Notes under the pieces: model-generated
What the model was told of the DNA's origin: nothing
What the model saw: the letters and a program-made list of their open reading frames with translations, nothing else
Databases searched by the model: none
In this document: piece by piece, positions 19,781-28,152 of the stretch
How positions within the stretch are numbered: the first letter of the stretch is position 1
Layout: each line of letters starts with the position of its first letter
IMG/VR virus record: IMGVR_UViG_3300046463_000247
Location: 34,046 to 98,045 of that record
Origin: a virus
Direction: 5' to 3' (one strand)
Length of the DNA: 64,000 nt
Translations under genes and position numbers: made by a program

Positions 19781-20677
19781 TCACATTACCGGACGCAGAC
19801 AGAAGCCCAGCGAGTCGCGCGTGTACGGTGCTGCCACCGCGAGCGCATGCTGGCCGCTGGCCTGGTAGTTCTTGATCGTGCCGCTCTGCTCGGCCTGCGA
19901 CAGCCCTGCGGCCATCACGGCGGGTACATAGCCCAGCACTGCCTCCACCAGCCAGTCCGGCGCGAGGTCGGTCGTCTGGGGCACGGGCGTCGGTTCTGCA
20001 ATTGATTGCAGCGGCGTGTCGGACGTGCTGATCAGCCGGTCGTACGGGTAGGCGCTGTCACCGAACAGCGTCACGCCAGGCGAGCCGCCCGCATTGTCGC
20101 CCGTGGTGCCCACCAGACCTGTGTCCTGATCGCCGGTAGGCGGCGTGCCACCCGCCCCCGTACCGCTGCCATCATCCGTAGTGGGAGGCGGCGAATCGGT
20201 CGGAGGCGGGTCGCCAGAAGGGTCGCCCGACGGGTCAGGTTGCGGTGTCGGCTCGGGGATCGGTTCGAAGCCCGCGTTGAACGTCACGCGGATAAAGCGC
20301 TCGTTGTACTTCTTGCGCGGGATCGAAACGACGCCTTTCACATAGTCGATATGGAAGTCCAGCACGGGCACGGGGATCGTGCACCGGTTGTAGTCCGAAC
20401 CCCAATACACTGCCTCGCTGCCCGGCTTGAGCAGACCAGAACGAAGCCGGAGCCGGTAGAGACCGGCAGGCTGAACCCCGCTGAAGCTGTCGGAGTCCAG
20501 GTAAAACACGTCTTCAAAGTCTTTCGACTGAAGCGTTGAGTCAATCAGCGTGCCGATGCGGAGTTGGGCGGCGTCGATGGCGTTCGTGATTGCTTCGTCC
20601 ACCTCGGGCGCTGCAAGCTCTGAAGAGATTTGCATCCGCGTGCGCACCTGCGCGACCGTCACAATACGTGCTGTCAT
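19781..20677 (-). CDS. Head-tail adaptor with a low-complexity P/D/G/T insertion
   Basis: VT...VR.RM N-terminus, YVKGVV, IRVTFNAGF, PDWL.EA motifs of adaptors; neck position. Confidence 0.6.
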   Translation of the reverse strand: MTARIVTVAQVRTRMQISSELAAPEVDEAITNAIDAAQLRIGTLIDSTLQSKDFEDVFYLDSDSFSGVQPAGLYRLRLRSGLLKPGSEAVYWGSDYNRCTIPVPVLDFHIDYVKGVVSIPRKKYNERFIRVTFNAGFEPIPEPTPQPDPSGDPSGDPPPTDSPPPTTDDGSGTGAGGTPPTGDQDTGLVGTTGDNAGGSPGVTLFGDSAYPYDRLISTSDTPLQSIAEPTPVPQTTDLAPDWLVEAVLGYVPAVMAAGLSQAEQSGTIKNYQASGQHALAVAAPYTRDSLGFCLRPVM

Positions 20678-20694
20678 GTCTGCCGCCCTCGTCC

Positions 20695-21093
20695 TTAGAC
20701 TGCTTCGCCTTCGTCCATGATCTCGATGCCCTTCTTCGCGGCACCCTCCACAGCGGTCTGGTCGTCCGCGTCGGTCACTTCCGGTGCCGGGGGCACTTCA
20801 GCGGTGACGACTTCGACCGGGCCGTTGACCTTCGCCTCGACGGCTTCCTGCGTCGGCAGGGCTACCTTGGTCGGCGTCGCCCACTCGCGGTCGCCGTTGC
20901 TGTCCACGCGGCCCAGCAGGTCGAGCGCGGTGGCCTGGTCGAACGCGTAGCGCACGCCAGCGGTGTACAGCTTGTTGCCCAGGTTCAGGCGCTTGGCCCG
21001 CGCGAGCACCAGTTCGATGCGAGCCGGGGCTGCTGCCTGTGCCTCTTCCTGCTTGCCCTTTGCGGCGTCTTCATTCTTCACGGTTACACCCAT
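20695..21093 (-). CDS. Hypothetical head-associated protein
   Basis: 132 aa ORF directly after the capsid gene, with its own candidate promoter. Confidence 0.55.
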   Translation of the reverse strand: MGVTVKNEDAAKGKQEEAQAAAPARIELVLARAKRLNLGNKLYTAGVRYAFDQATALDLLGRVDSNGDREWATPTKVALPTQEAVEAKVNGPVEVVTAEVPPAPEVTDADDQTAVEGAAKKGIEIMDEGEAV

Positions 21094-21157
21094 TTTTCAC
21101 CTCTCAAACGTGGATTGGAAAGCGCGGCGAATATATGCCGCTGTGCAATTGATTGCA

Positions 21158-21195
21158 AGAAAAAAGAAGGGCGGGTCCCTTGCGAGAGCCGCCCC
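21158..21195 (-). terminator. Rho-independent terminator after the major capsid gene
   Basis: GGGCGG...GCAA...CCGCCC followed by TTCTTTTTTC on the minus strand. Confidence 0.7.
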
Positions 21196-21215
21196 AAGTA
21201 CTACCCGACTACGGT

Positions 21216-22157
21216 TTAACCCGAAATGTTACGGGTGCGCACGATAGCTTCGTGCTCTTCAATTTCGAACGCGACGCGGGCCGTGAGCACGATGATGAAC
21301 ACGCGCTTGCTGATGTCCTTGTCGTACTCGATGCTGATGTCGCGCTGGATACCGAAGATCAGGTTCGACGGGTCCGTGAACAGGCCATCCGTGGACGGCA
21401 TCATCGACGCGCCGACGATCTGCGAGCCATGCGCGTACAGCGGCGTGAGCGCCTGCACTTGCTGGTCACCGAACGGGGTCTGGCGGTCACCGAAGCGGTC
21501 GCGCAGTTCCGTCTCGTTGTCCACCGACACGAAGTGCTTCAGGGCTGCGCGGTTGCGCAGATACTTGTCCGGCATGGTCTTCACGACGCGCTTGATCACC
21601 GGACGGTCGAACGTCGAGCCGCCTGCGTCCACGATGTTCTGGTCCGCACCCTTGAGCCAGCCATCCGTCAGCTTCAGGTACGTGTCAGCCGAGTTCGTGT
21701 CACCCAGCAGGCCGAGTTCTTCGAGGTCGAGCGCCGCGCGCTGGGCCATCAGTGCGACGATGGTCGAGTGCAGGCCACCCGGCGACGAGAACGCACCGGC
21801 TTCGACGTTGCCGCCTTCAATGTTGTCTTCCAGCACGTCGTACGGCAGGTGCACTTCGGCGATCACTTCGTCCGTGTTCAGCACGATCTGTTCGAGCGAC
21901 GGCTTGATGCGGTCCACGTCTGCTAGGGCCGTTGCCGACACTGCCGGACGCAGCATGCGCTGGCCGATACCGATCTTCGGAATCTTGCGCTGCGGGCCGG
22001 TCATCGTGACGACGCGCGAGCTTTGCAGGATCGTCGGCGTGTCCATCAGCTTGCGGATGAAGGTCGCAGCCTGTTCCGGGTTCAGCTTACCGGCAGTTGC
22101 GAGGTCCGCCAGCGTCATGTCGGCCTTGCGGATGATTTCTTGATTGCTCATACCCAT
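21216..22157 (-). CDS. Major capsid protein (HK97 fold)
   Basis: G.LNPEQA..FI, LEDNIEG, DLEEL...GD, DGWLK, T.PSNLIFG motifs; follows scaffold; strong codon bias. Confidence 0.88.
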   Translation of the reverse strand: MGMSNQEIIRKADMTLADLATAGKLNPEQAATFIRKLMDTPTILQSSRVVTMTGPQRKIPKIGIGQRMLRPAVSATALADVDRIKPSLEQIVLNTDEVIAEVHLPYDVLEDNIEGGNVEAGAFSSPGGLHSTIVALMAQRAALDLEELGLLGDTNSADTYLKLTDGWLKGADQNIVDAGGSTFDRPVIKRVVKTMPDKYLRNRAALKHFVSVDNETELRDRFGDRQTPFGDQQVQALTPLYAHGSQIVGASMMPSTDGLFTDPSNLIFGIQRDISIEYDKDISKRVFIIVLTARVAFEIEEHEAIVRTRNISG

Positions 22158-22225
22158 GATTCTTACCCCTTAGAATGGTCCAAAACTGTTTGAGTTGCCT
22201 ACTTGCCCAGCACCATCAGCCGCGT

Positions 22226-23527
22226 TTAGCGCTTGTGGAACGCGGAGTCGAAGCCATTCCAGAATCGGTCTGTATCGGCTTCGCTCTTTCGTACCGCTTC
22301 CTGCGCACCTTCTTCAGCAGCCGGGGCGTCACCGGGCGTAGCGCCTGCAACCACCGCCGACTTCACAGCAGAGGCAGCGTTATCCGCCTTGCTTGCCACC
22401 TGCTTGACCTGGCCTTCAAGCTCACCGTGCTTTTGGGTCAGGGTTTCGAGACCTTCCTTGATCGGGGCAATCGCCTTCGCGATGCTCGATTCAATCGACG
22501 CCAGCAAGCCAGCGTGGGCCTCTGCCTGCGGTGCCACAGCCGGGTCAGCCTGAACCGGAGCGCCCGCAGCCGGAGCGGCACCCTCAGCAGCGCCCGTGTC
22601 GGTTGCGCCAGCGGCAGCGGTATTCGCGCCTTCCGTCTGGGCTTCCGTACCGGCAGCAGCCTGGGTAGCCGACGTGTCTGCGGTGCCCGGGGCATCCGTC
22701 TGTTCACCTTCGGACTTCTTTGCCTTCTTCGCGGCGTTGGCCTTCGACCACTTCGTCTTGTCGTCCTTCGACATGGCGTCCCAGTCTGCTTTCGTGCCAC
22801 CGCCCGCGATGTAGTCGGCCTGATCGTCGTCGCCGTCACCGTCCGGGTCCTTGGCCGAAGCCTTCGACTTGGACTTGTCGGCCTTGATCGCTTCACCGAT
22901 TTCCTTTTCCAGCTTCCATGCGACGCTCGGCACCGCCTTTACCAGCGTCGTGACGTACGTCTCGAACTTCTGCACCGCGTCGGAGATTGCCGTTTCGGCA
23001 GCAGCCTGGTCTTCCGAGGCGTAGCAGGCGTTGCGGACCGTGGTGCCCAGCGCGTCGGTGGCGGTGCTCACGCCCGAGTAGAAGCTGCACGCGGCCAGCA
23101 CTTCGTTGAAGTCCTTCGAGCTATCGAGACCTGACGACCACAGTTGCATGCCCTTGACCACCAGGCAGACTTCCTCGCTCAGGCGGACCAGCTTGAACTG
23201 GCCTTCTGCCGGGACTTCCTTCGACAGCATGACGGTGCCGTCTTCGTTCTTCTGAACGGTGGACAGGTCACCCAGACCCAGTTCCGCGAGCTTCGCGGTC
23301 GTGGCTTCACCCGGCTCGGCGTCGAACACCACGCCAGCGATAGTCGGAGCTTCCGGCTTCTTTTCGCCCTTGAATACGTGGCGCAGATTCGACAGGTCGA
23401 TCATCGGTTCTTCCTTTTCGGATTTGGTGATACGGATCGGGATTCGGTTGGCGGCACGACGCACCAGACTGATCTGTCGAACGTCTGCGTTCTTCATTTC
23501 CTGCATCGTCGTTTTTTCTTGAGCCAT
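22226..23527 (-). CDS. Capsid scaffolding-like protein
   Basis: N-terminal ISLVRRAAN motif; long Ala/Lys/Glu-rich coiled coil; between protease and capsid genes. Confidence 0.6.
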   Translation of the reverse strand: MAQEKTTMQEMKNADVRQISLVRRAANRIPIRITKSEKEEPMIDLSNLRHVFKGEKKPEAPTIAGVVFDAEPGEATTAKLAELGLGDLSTVQKNEDGTVMLSKEVPAEGQFKLVRLSEEVCLVVKGMQLWSSGLDSSKDFNEVLAACSFYSGVSTATDALGTTVRNACYASEDQAAAETAISDAVQKFETYVTTLVKAVPSVAWKLEKEIGEAIKADKSKSKASAKDPDGDGDDDQADYIAGGGTKADWDAMSKDDKTKWSKANAAKKAKKSEGEQTDAPGTADTSATQAAAGTEAQTEGANTAAAGATDTGAAEGAAPAAGAPVQADPAVAPQAEAHAGLLASIESSIAKAIAPIKEGLETLTQKHGELEGQVKQVASKADNAASAVKSAVVAGATPGDAPAAEEGAQEAVRKSEADTDRFWNGFDSAFHKR

Positions 23528-23582
23528 TGCCGCCTCTGAAAATGTGAGCGGATTTTACGGTAGCGTTTTCGTACCTAACAAA

Positions 23583-24209
23583 TCATTCCGGTACGATTTC
23601 AATGGAATCGACAGCAGAGAAGCGGTGACGGTGCGCGGTATCGCCCGCTTCCTCGGTGATCGTGCCCGCGAGGATCACGTGCACATGCCCTTCCACCATG
23701 TCCGTGCGCCCGCCGAGGAACTTGCCATCGTCGTCATAGGCGACGTAAAACTTGTGCTCGTGCTCGACGCCGGATTCACTCTTGGTCGTCATGCCGGAGA
23801 CAATCGGCGGAATGTTCAGCGTCACCTCGCGCTCTTCGCGCACCACCAGCGCCTCCATCGACAGCCCGTTGATTTCACCCTTCTTCACCATGTCCCACAG
23901 GTCGTCGTCCGGGATGTGGATGCCCACCACCCACGCGCCTTCGATGAAGTCGGGGTCTCCCTTGCGCGCGATGAACGACTCCACCACCGCGCACGAGGTG
24001 TTCTTGTTGTCGTGGAAAACATCGACGCAGTGCATGTCCCCCTTCTTCGCGAAGCGGTGCGCCATTGCCTCGATCTCGTCGGCGACCATGAATTCGCCGT
24101 CCGCATCGGGTCGGTTCGGGGCGTACACGGTGGAGAAGATCAGGCGCTTTTCCGGCTCGGCGTTCTCGTCCTTGACGACGAGTTCGTGGACTTGCGGCAC
24201 TTCAGGCAT
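23583..24209 (-). CDS. XkdF-like prohead serine protease
   Basis: VYAPN..DADGE...EIE..AH.F...VD..H...VVESFIA...GAWV...W..VKKGEING.S. Confidence 0.8.
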   Translation of the reverse strand: MPEVPQVHELVVKDENAEPEKRLIFSTVYAPNRPDADGEFMVADEIEAMAHRFAKKGDMHCVDVFHDNKNTSCAVVESFIARKGDPDFIEGAWVVGIHIPDDDLWDMVKKGEINGLSMEALVVREEREVTLNIPPIVSGMTTKSESGVEHEHKFYVAYDDDGKFLGGRTDMVEGHVHVILAGTITEEAGDTAHRHRFSAVDSIEIVPE

Positions 24210-24255
24210 GACTAGACTCCGTGCAATTGATTGCAGCGGAATCTAGCAGAGAGGA

Positions 24256-24414
24256 TCACTTCGGAACAACGATTTGCTTCGCTTTATCGGCGTCAAAGCT
24301 GAGTTTCGCGGCCAGTGCGCGGGTGGCGTCCGGGTCAGGCGGGGGCACGAGCTTCAGCAGCACCTCGTCGGCTACGTCGTCCTTGCCGTTCTTCGCTCGA
24401 AAAGTGGGCTTCAC
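24256..24414 (-). CDS. Small hypothetical protein (52 aa), translationally coupled to MuF
   Basis: GTG start overlapping the MuF stop (GTGA), AAGGAG SD; MKPTFRAKNGKDDVADEVLLKL...; below the ORF-track cutoff. Confidence 0.55.
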   Translation of the reverse strand: MKPTFRAKNGKDDVADEVLLKLVPPPDPDATRALAAKLSFDADKAKQIVVPK

Positions 24415-26039
24415 AGAATCTCCTTGTACTGCTTGACCGCCGCCTTATCGGACAGGTCCAGCGTCAGTTCGAGGTCCACGCCGTCCAGCAGAAGCTGGTA
24501 CAACGGTCGCCCGTCGATCTCGATGGCAAGCGTCATCAGGTCCGCGAGGCCGCGCACGCTCGACTGGTTCAGCACCGCCTCCACGAACGCAAGCTGCACC
24601 TGGTTCAGCTTTCCTGCAATTGATTGCAACCGGCCACCCGGCTCCATGCCGTCCAGAATCTGAGCACGCAGCCCGTACCAGTCCGACAGTGACGGCGCGT
24701 AGCCCATCGTCGTGTAGGCGGCAATCGACGCGGCGCTGGTCGCGCTGACGACGATCTGGTTGAGCCCGCCTGACTGCGCGACGTGCAGGATGCCCGCCTC
24801 TACGCGCTTGAAGAAAGGCAGGATCGTGTCCGGCGCGAGCTTCTGGAACTCGATGTATGACTTGTAGAGCGTGCCGCTGTACGGGTCGATCACGATGGAG
24901 GCACCGACCGTGCCGTCGCCGAGCTTGTGCTTGGTCGTGACGGTGATGTCGCCGCCCGGCGCGATCTTGATCGGCGTCTTGTTGATCAGCGACCCTTCGA
25001 GGATGTCGAGCGGCTGCACTCCGGCCACCTCAGCGACGACCGCGACCGGCGACAGCGGCAGGTACGCATTCCAGTGATCCAGTTGCGCGGTGTCCACCTT
25101 CACGCCCAGTTCGGTGAAGGCGTCGGCGTCCACGTGCTGCTTCGGAATCACCTGCTCTTCTGCCGTGACGACCGGCGCTTGCAGCTTTGGGGCCTGCCCG
25201 GTGCGGATCAGGATGGTCCGGCAGTTCGGGTGAAACGGCGGGATCATCAGCCCTTCCTCGGTCAGTTGCGCCGCCGACATGTCGCGGTAACGCCCCATTG
25301 AGGTCTTGTCCTGCTTCGGCCATGGCTGGGCCGCTTTTACCGCGTCCGGTGTATCGAGCGACAGGATGTGGACGATGGATGCCCGCGCGTCGGCGACGCG
25401 GAAGCGCTTGCCATTGATCGCGCGACAAAACTCGGACGTGCGTCCGTCCATGACGGCGGATAGCTCGTACTCTTCGATGCCCAGCAGTTCGGCTTCTGCG
25501 GTGAAGCCCCACGTAGCCAGACGGCTACTATGGAGCGACGAAGCCAGCTTGATCGTGTCATTCCCTTCCTCTGCGAACGAAACGAAGTCCTTGACGAAGC
25601 GTTCGGCCTTCTTGACGGTGCTGTTGGCCTCGACCCAGTTTGCAATTGATTGCAACGCGGCCTTCACGACGGCCTGCGAGCCGTTGTACTTCAAGCCCTG
25701 CGTGAAGTTGTCGGCGACGGTGTTCAGCAGCGTGTCGAACTTGCCGACCCCGACAAAGGTCTTGCTCGCGTCGTGCGCGGCGTTCCCGGCCCCATAGACG
25801 GCCATCGCCCGCAGCAGGTACTTGATGTACTCGCGGTTTTTCGTCGCCACCGGGGTCATGTCGATAGCGTGCGCTTCGGTGTAGGCCCCGGCGAGGTCGT
25901 TGGCCTTCAGCCTGGCCGCGATAGCCTGGTAGTACGACGCTGCCAGCGGTTGCCACGTGCGGCGCAGCCGTTGGGTAAGCGCCGTCTCCAGCGCCAGATA
26001 GGTTCGGAAGTCCTGTGCCATCAGTGGACGTGGTTGCAC
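24411..26039 (-). CDS. MuF / SPP1 gp7-like head morphogenesis protein with a C-terminal extension
   Basis: AVMDGRTSEFC...NGK and PPFHPNCRT motifs; follows the portal gene. Confidence 0.8.
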   Translation of the reverse strand: MQPRPLMAQDFRTYLALETALTQRLRRTWQPLAASYYQAIAARLKANDLAGAYTEAHAIDMTPVATKNREYIKYLLRAMAVYGAGNAAHDASKTFVGVGKFDTLLNTVADNFTQGLKYNGSQAVVKAALQSIANWVEANSTVKKAERFVKDFVSFAEEGNDTIKLASSLHSSRLATWGFTAEAELLGIEEYELSAVMDGRTSEFCRAINGKRFRVADARASIVHILSLDTPDAVKAAQPWPKQDKTSMGRYRDMSAAQLTEEGLMIPPFHPNCRTILIRTGQAPKLQAPVVTAEEQVIPKQHVDADAFTELGVKVDTAQLDHWNAYLPLSPVAVVAEVAGVQPLDILEGSLINKTPIKIAPGGDITVTTKHKLGDGTVGASIVIDPYSGTLYKSYIEFQKLAPDTILPFFKRVEAGILHVAQSGGLNQIVVSATSAASIAAYTTMGYAPSLSDWYGLRAQILDGMEPGGRLQSIAGKLNQVQLAFVEAVLNQSSVRGLADLMTLAIEIDGRPLYQLLLDGVDLELTLDLSDKAAVKQYKEIL

Positions 26040-27937
26040 TCTGCGAGGTGGATCAGGTCCGGCGTGCTGCCGCCGAACGACAGCGCGGCGACCATCGAGT
26101 AGAACGCGTGCTTTTCGTCCCCCTCTAGGTCGTCCACCTCGGCCAGCACCTCAGACTTCTCGGCGTCCGACAGTTCGTGCTTCAGCGCAATGGTGCCGCG
26201 CACGCCCGCGTAGTCCATCGCCAGTTGCAGCAGTTCACCGCCGCCCTTCTTGGCCTTGCCAGGGGCTTTGCCCGCCGTGGTAGTAGCGGTGGCCGTGTCC
26301 TTGCCGTTCGCGGGCGCGGTGGGCTTGCCAGAGGCTTTCGCCGGGGTCGCCGCCTTGGCCTGGGCCGCAGCGGTGGCCTTGCCCTCGGTCGGGGTCGGCT
26401 TGCCGGGGGCCTGGTTGGGCGTGACCGGGTTCTGGCCCGGCACCATCGCCTCGGTGATCGTCACGCGGTCCGGCGCGGCGTTCGGGTCGTACTTCAGGTT
26501 CGTGCCGCTGATCTGGTTCACTTCCTTCACGAAAGTCGCGCCGTCCGACAGGTCCTTGGCGAGCGTAAGGCCCTTGATCTGGCTGTCCACGTTCTTCAGC
26601 GTGATCCCGTTCGACTTCATCAGAATGTCGGTGCAGCCCAGCGCTTTCATGATCGTGGAATTCATCGTCGCGTCGAACTCCGCACGCTCCGGCTGGAACA
26701 CCTGCTCTTCGGCGACCATGTAGGCGACCACAGCGGTGGCGTAGTTGTAGTCGGCAGCACGGCCCGTGAAGAGCGGCGGCAGGCGGAAGCCCGTGCGCAC
26801 GTGATCCTCAGCGGCCTTATCGTAGTTGGCGAACATGTTGTCGCCACCGGCCTGCGAGCCGAAGCGCTCGACCTTGACCTGCACCGACCCGGCGCTATCG
26901 AGCGTGCCCGACGTGGACTGGGCCTCAACCACGACTGCGCGGTTCTTGCTCTTGTTCTTGCCGGACAGGTAGTTCCGAAGCTGGTCGCTGGTCGAGCCCG
27001 CGAGCGAGCCACCCTGCACGAAGATGATTGCAGGCGGCAGGCCACCCGAATCGAAGAACTCCAGGTTCTGCTCTTCGGCCTTGCGCGAGCCGACCACAGA
27101 CGGAAGCTGGTTGATCCAGCGCGGCGTGAAGTAGCTCGATTCCACGTCCGGGTTGACGCCGAACATGATCACTTCGGTTGCGCGGTCCTGCGGCTGGACG
27201 GGCGCGGTATTGCTTTCCCACTCGCCGGTCTTCTTGTTCAACTGGCGGCTCGCCCCGAACTCGCGGTAGTAGGTCTGGTTCTTCGAGTAGCGCGTCATGT
27301 AGCGCCGTTCGCGGTCCAGCATCGTGATCGGAACATCGACGCCGTTGCGCTCGACCGACCGGGTGACCTCGACCGGCTCGTCCAGCTTCACAAGGCGCGT
27401 GTGCACCGCCGACAGATGCCGCAGCGCGACGACCTCGCCTTCGAGGTTGCGCAGCACTTCGAGGAACGAGTAGCCGACGCTCTCGATCTCGCGGCGCAGC
27501 AACCGGCGAATCTGCTGGAAGGTCTTGCCCGGAAAAGGCTCGTTGAAGAACGACTTGGCGATCTTGAGTTGCTTCGCGTCTGGTTGCTTGGTTTCATCCT
27601 TGGCGACGAACTCATGGCCGGTCGAATCGACGTTGACTTCCATCGCCTCGATGCACTGGTTCAGGATGTTGTTGCGCGTCGCCAGGCCCATCAGCACCTT
27701 CGGCTGGAAGGGCGGGCGCAGCACGACGGCGGACGAACTGCTCGCCGTGAAGTACAGACCCGCGAACTCGTCCTCCGGCGCATAGGCGCTATCGGCCAGC
27801 ACCATATAGGTGTCGCCGCCGATGACCTTCTGGATCGGAGTCAGTTTGGAACTGGGTTTGGGCTTCGAGGGCGTGCTGGTCGGGCGCGTCGGGTTGCCCG
27901 AGTCAGACGTGTCGATGCTGTTCGTTTTGCCTGCCAT
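26021..27937 (-). CDS. Portal protein
   Basis: GYSFLEVLRN, PRW, FFDSGGLP, FRLPP...G...DYN.ATA, EQVFQPER motifs; first head gene. Confidence 0.85.
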   Translation of the reverse strand: MAGKTNSIDTSDSGNPTRPTSTPSKPKPSSKLTPIQKVIGGDTYMVLADSAYAPEDEFAGLYFTASSSSAVVLRPPFQPKVLMGLATRNNILNQCIEAMEVNVDSTGHEFVAKDETKQPDAKQLKIAKSFFNEPFPGKTFQQIRRLLRREIESVGYSFLEVLRNLEGEVVALRHLSAVHTRLVKLDEPVEVTRSVERNGVDVPITMLDRERRYMTRYSKNQTYYREFGASRQLNKKTGEWESNTAPVQPQDRATEVIMFGVNPDVESSYFTPRWINQLPSVVGSRKAEEQNLEFFDSGGLPPAIIFVQGGSLAGSTSDQLRNYLSGKNKSKNRAVVVEAQSTSGTLDSAGSVQVKVERFGSQAGGDNMFANYDKAAEDHVRTGFRLPPLFTGRAADYNYATAVVAYMVAEEQVFQPERAEFDATMNSTIMKALGCTDILMKSNGITLKNVDSQIKGLTLAKDLSDGATFVKEVNQISGTNLKYDPNAAPDRVTITEAMVPGQNPVTPNQAPGKPTPTEGKATAAAQAKAATPAKASGKPTAPANGKDTATATTTAGKAPGKAKKGGGELLQLAMDYAGVRGTIALKHELSDAEKSEVLAEVDDLEGDEKHAFYSMVAALSFGGSTPDLIHLAECNHVH

Positions 27938-27996
27938 TTGCGCCTCTTTACGGAAGAATGGCGCATTCTACGGTAGCGGCTCGATGGCGAACAAGC

Positions 27997-28031
27997 AAAA
28001 AAGAGGGGCCACCCGGTACATGAGTGGCCCC
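27997..28031 (-). terminator. Rho-independent terminator after the DNA polymerase operon
   Basis: GGGGCCAC...GTGGCCCC-TCTTTTTT on the minus strand. Confidence 0.7.
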
Positions 28032-28152
28032 GAAGCATGCCGTGGGCGGGGAGCCCTGCCGCACAACCAACTGCATTTTGCAATCAATTGCACAACGGTA
28101 GAGATTCTACAGGCAGCGGCGGATTCTGCAAACAACCGAAAAGTTCTGGGAA

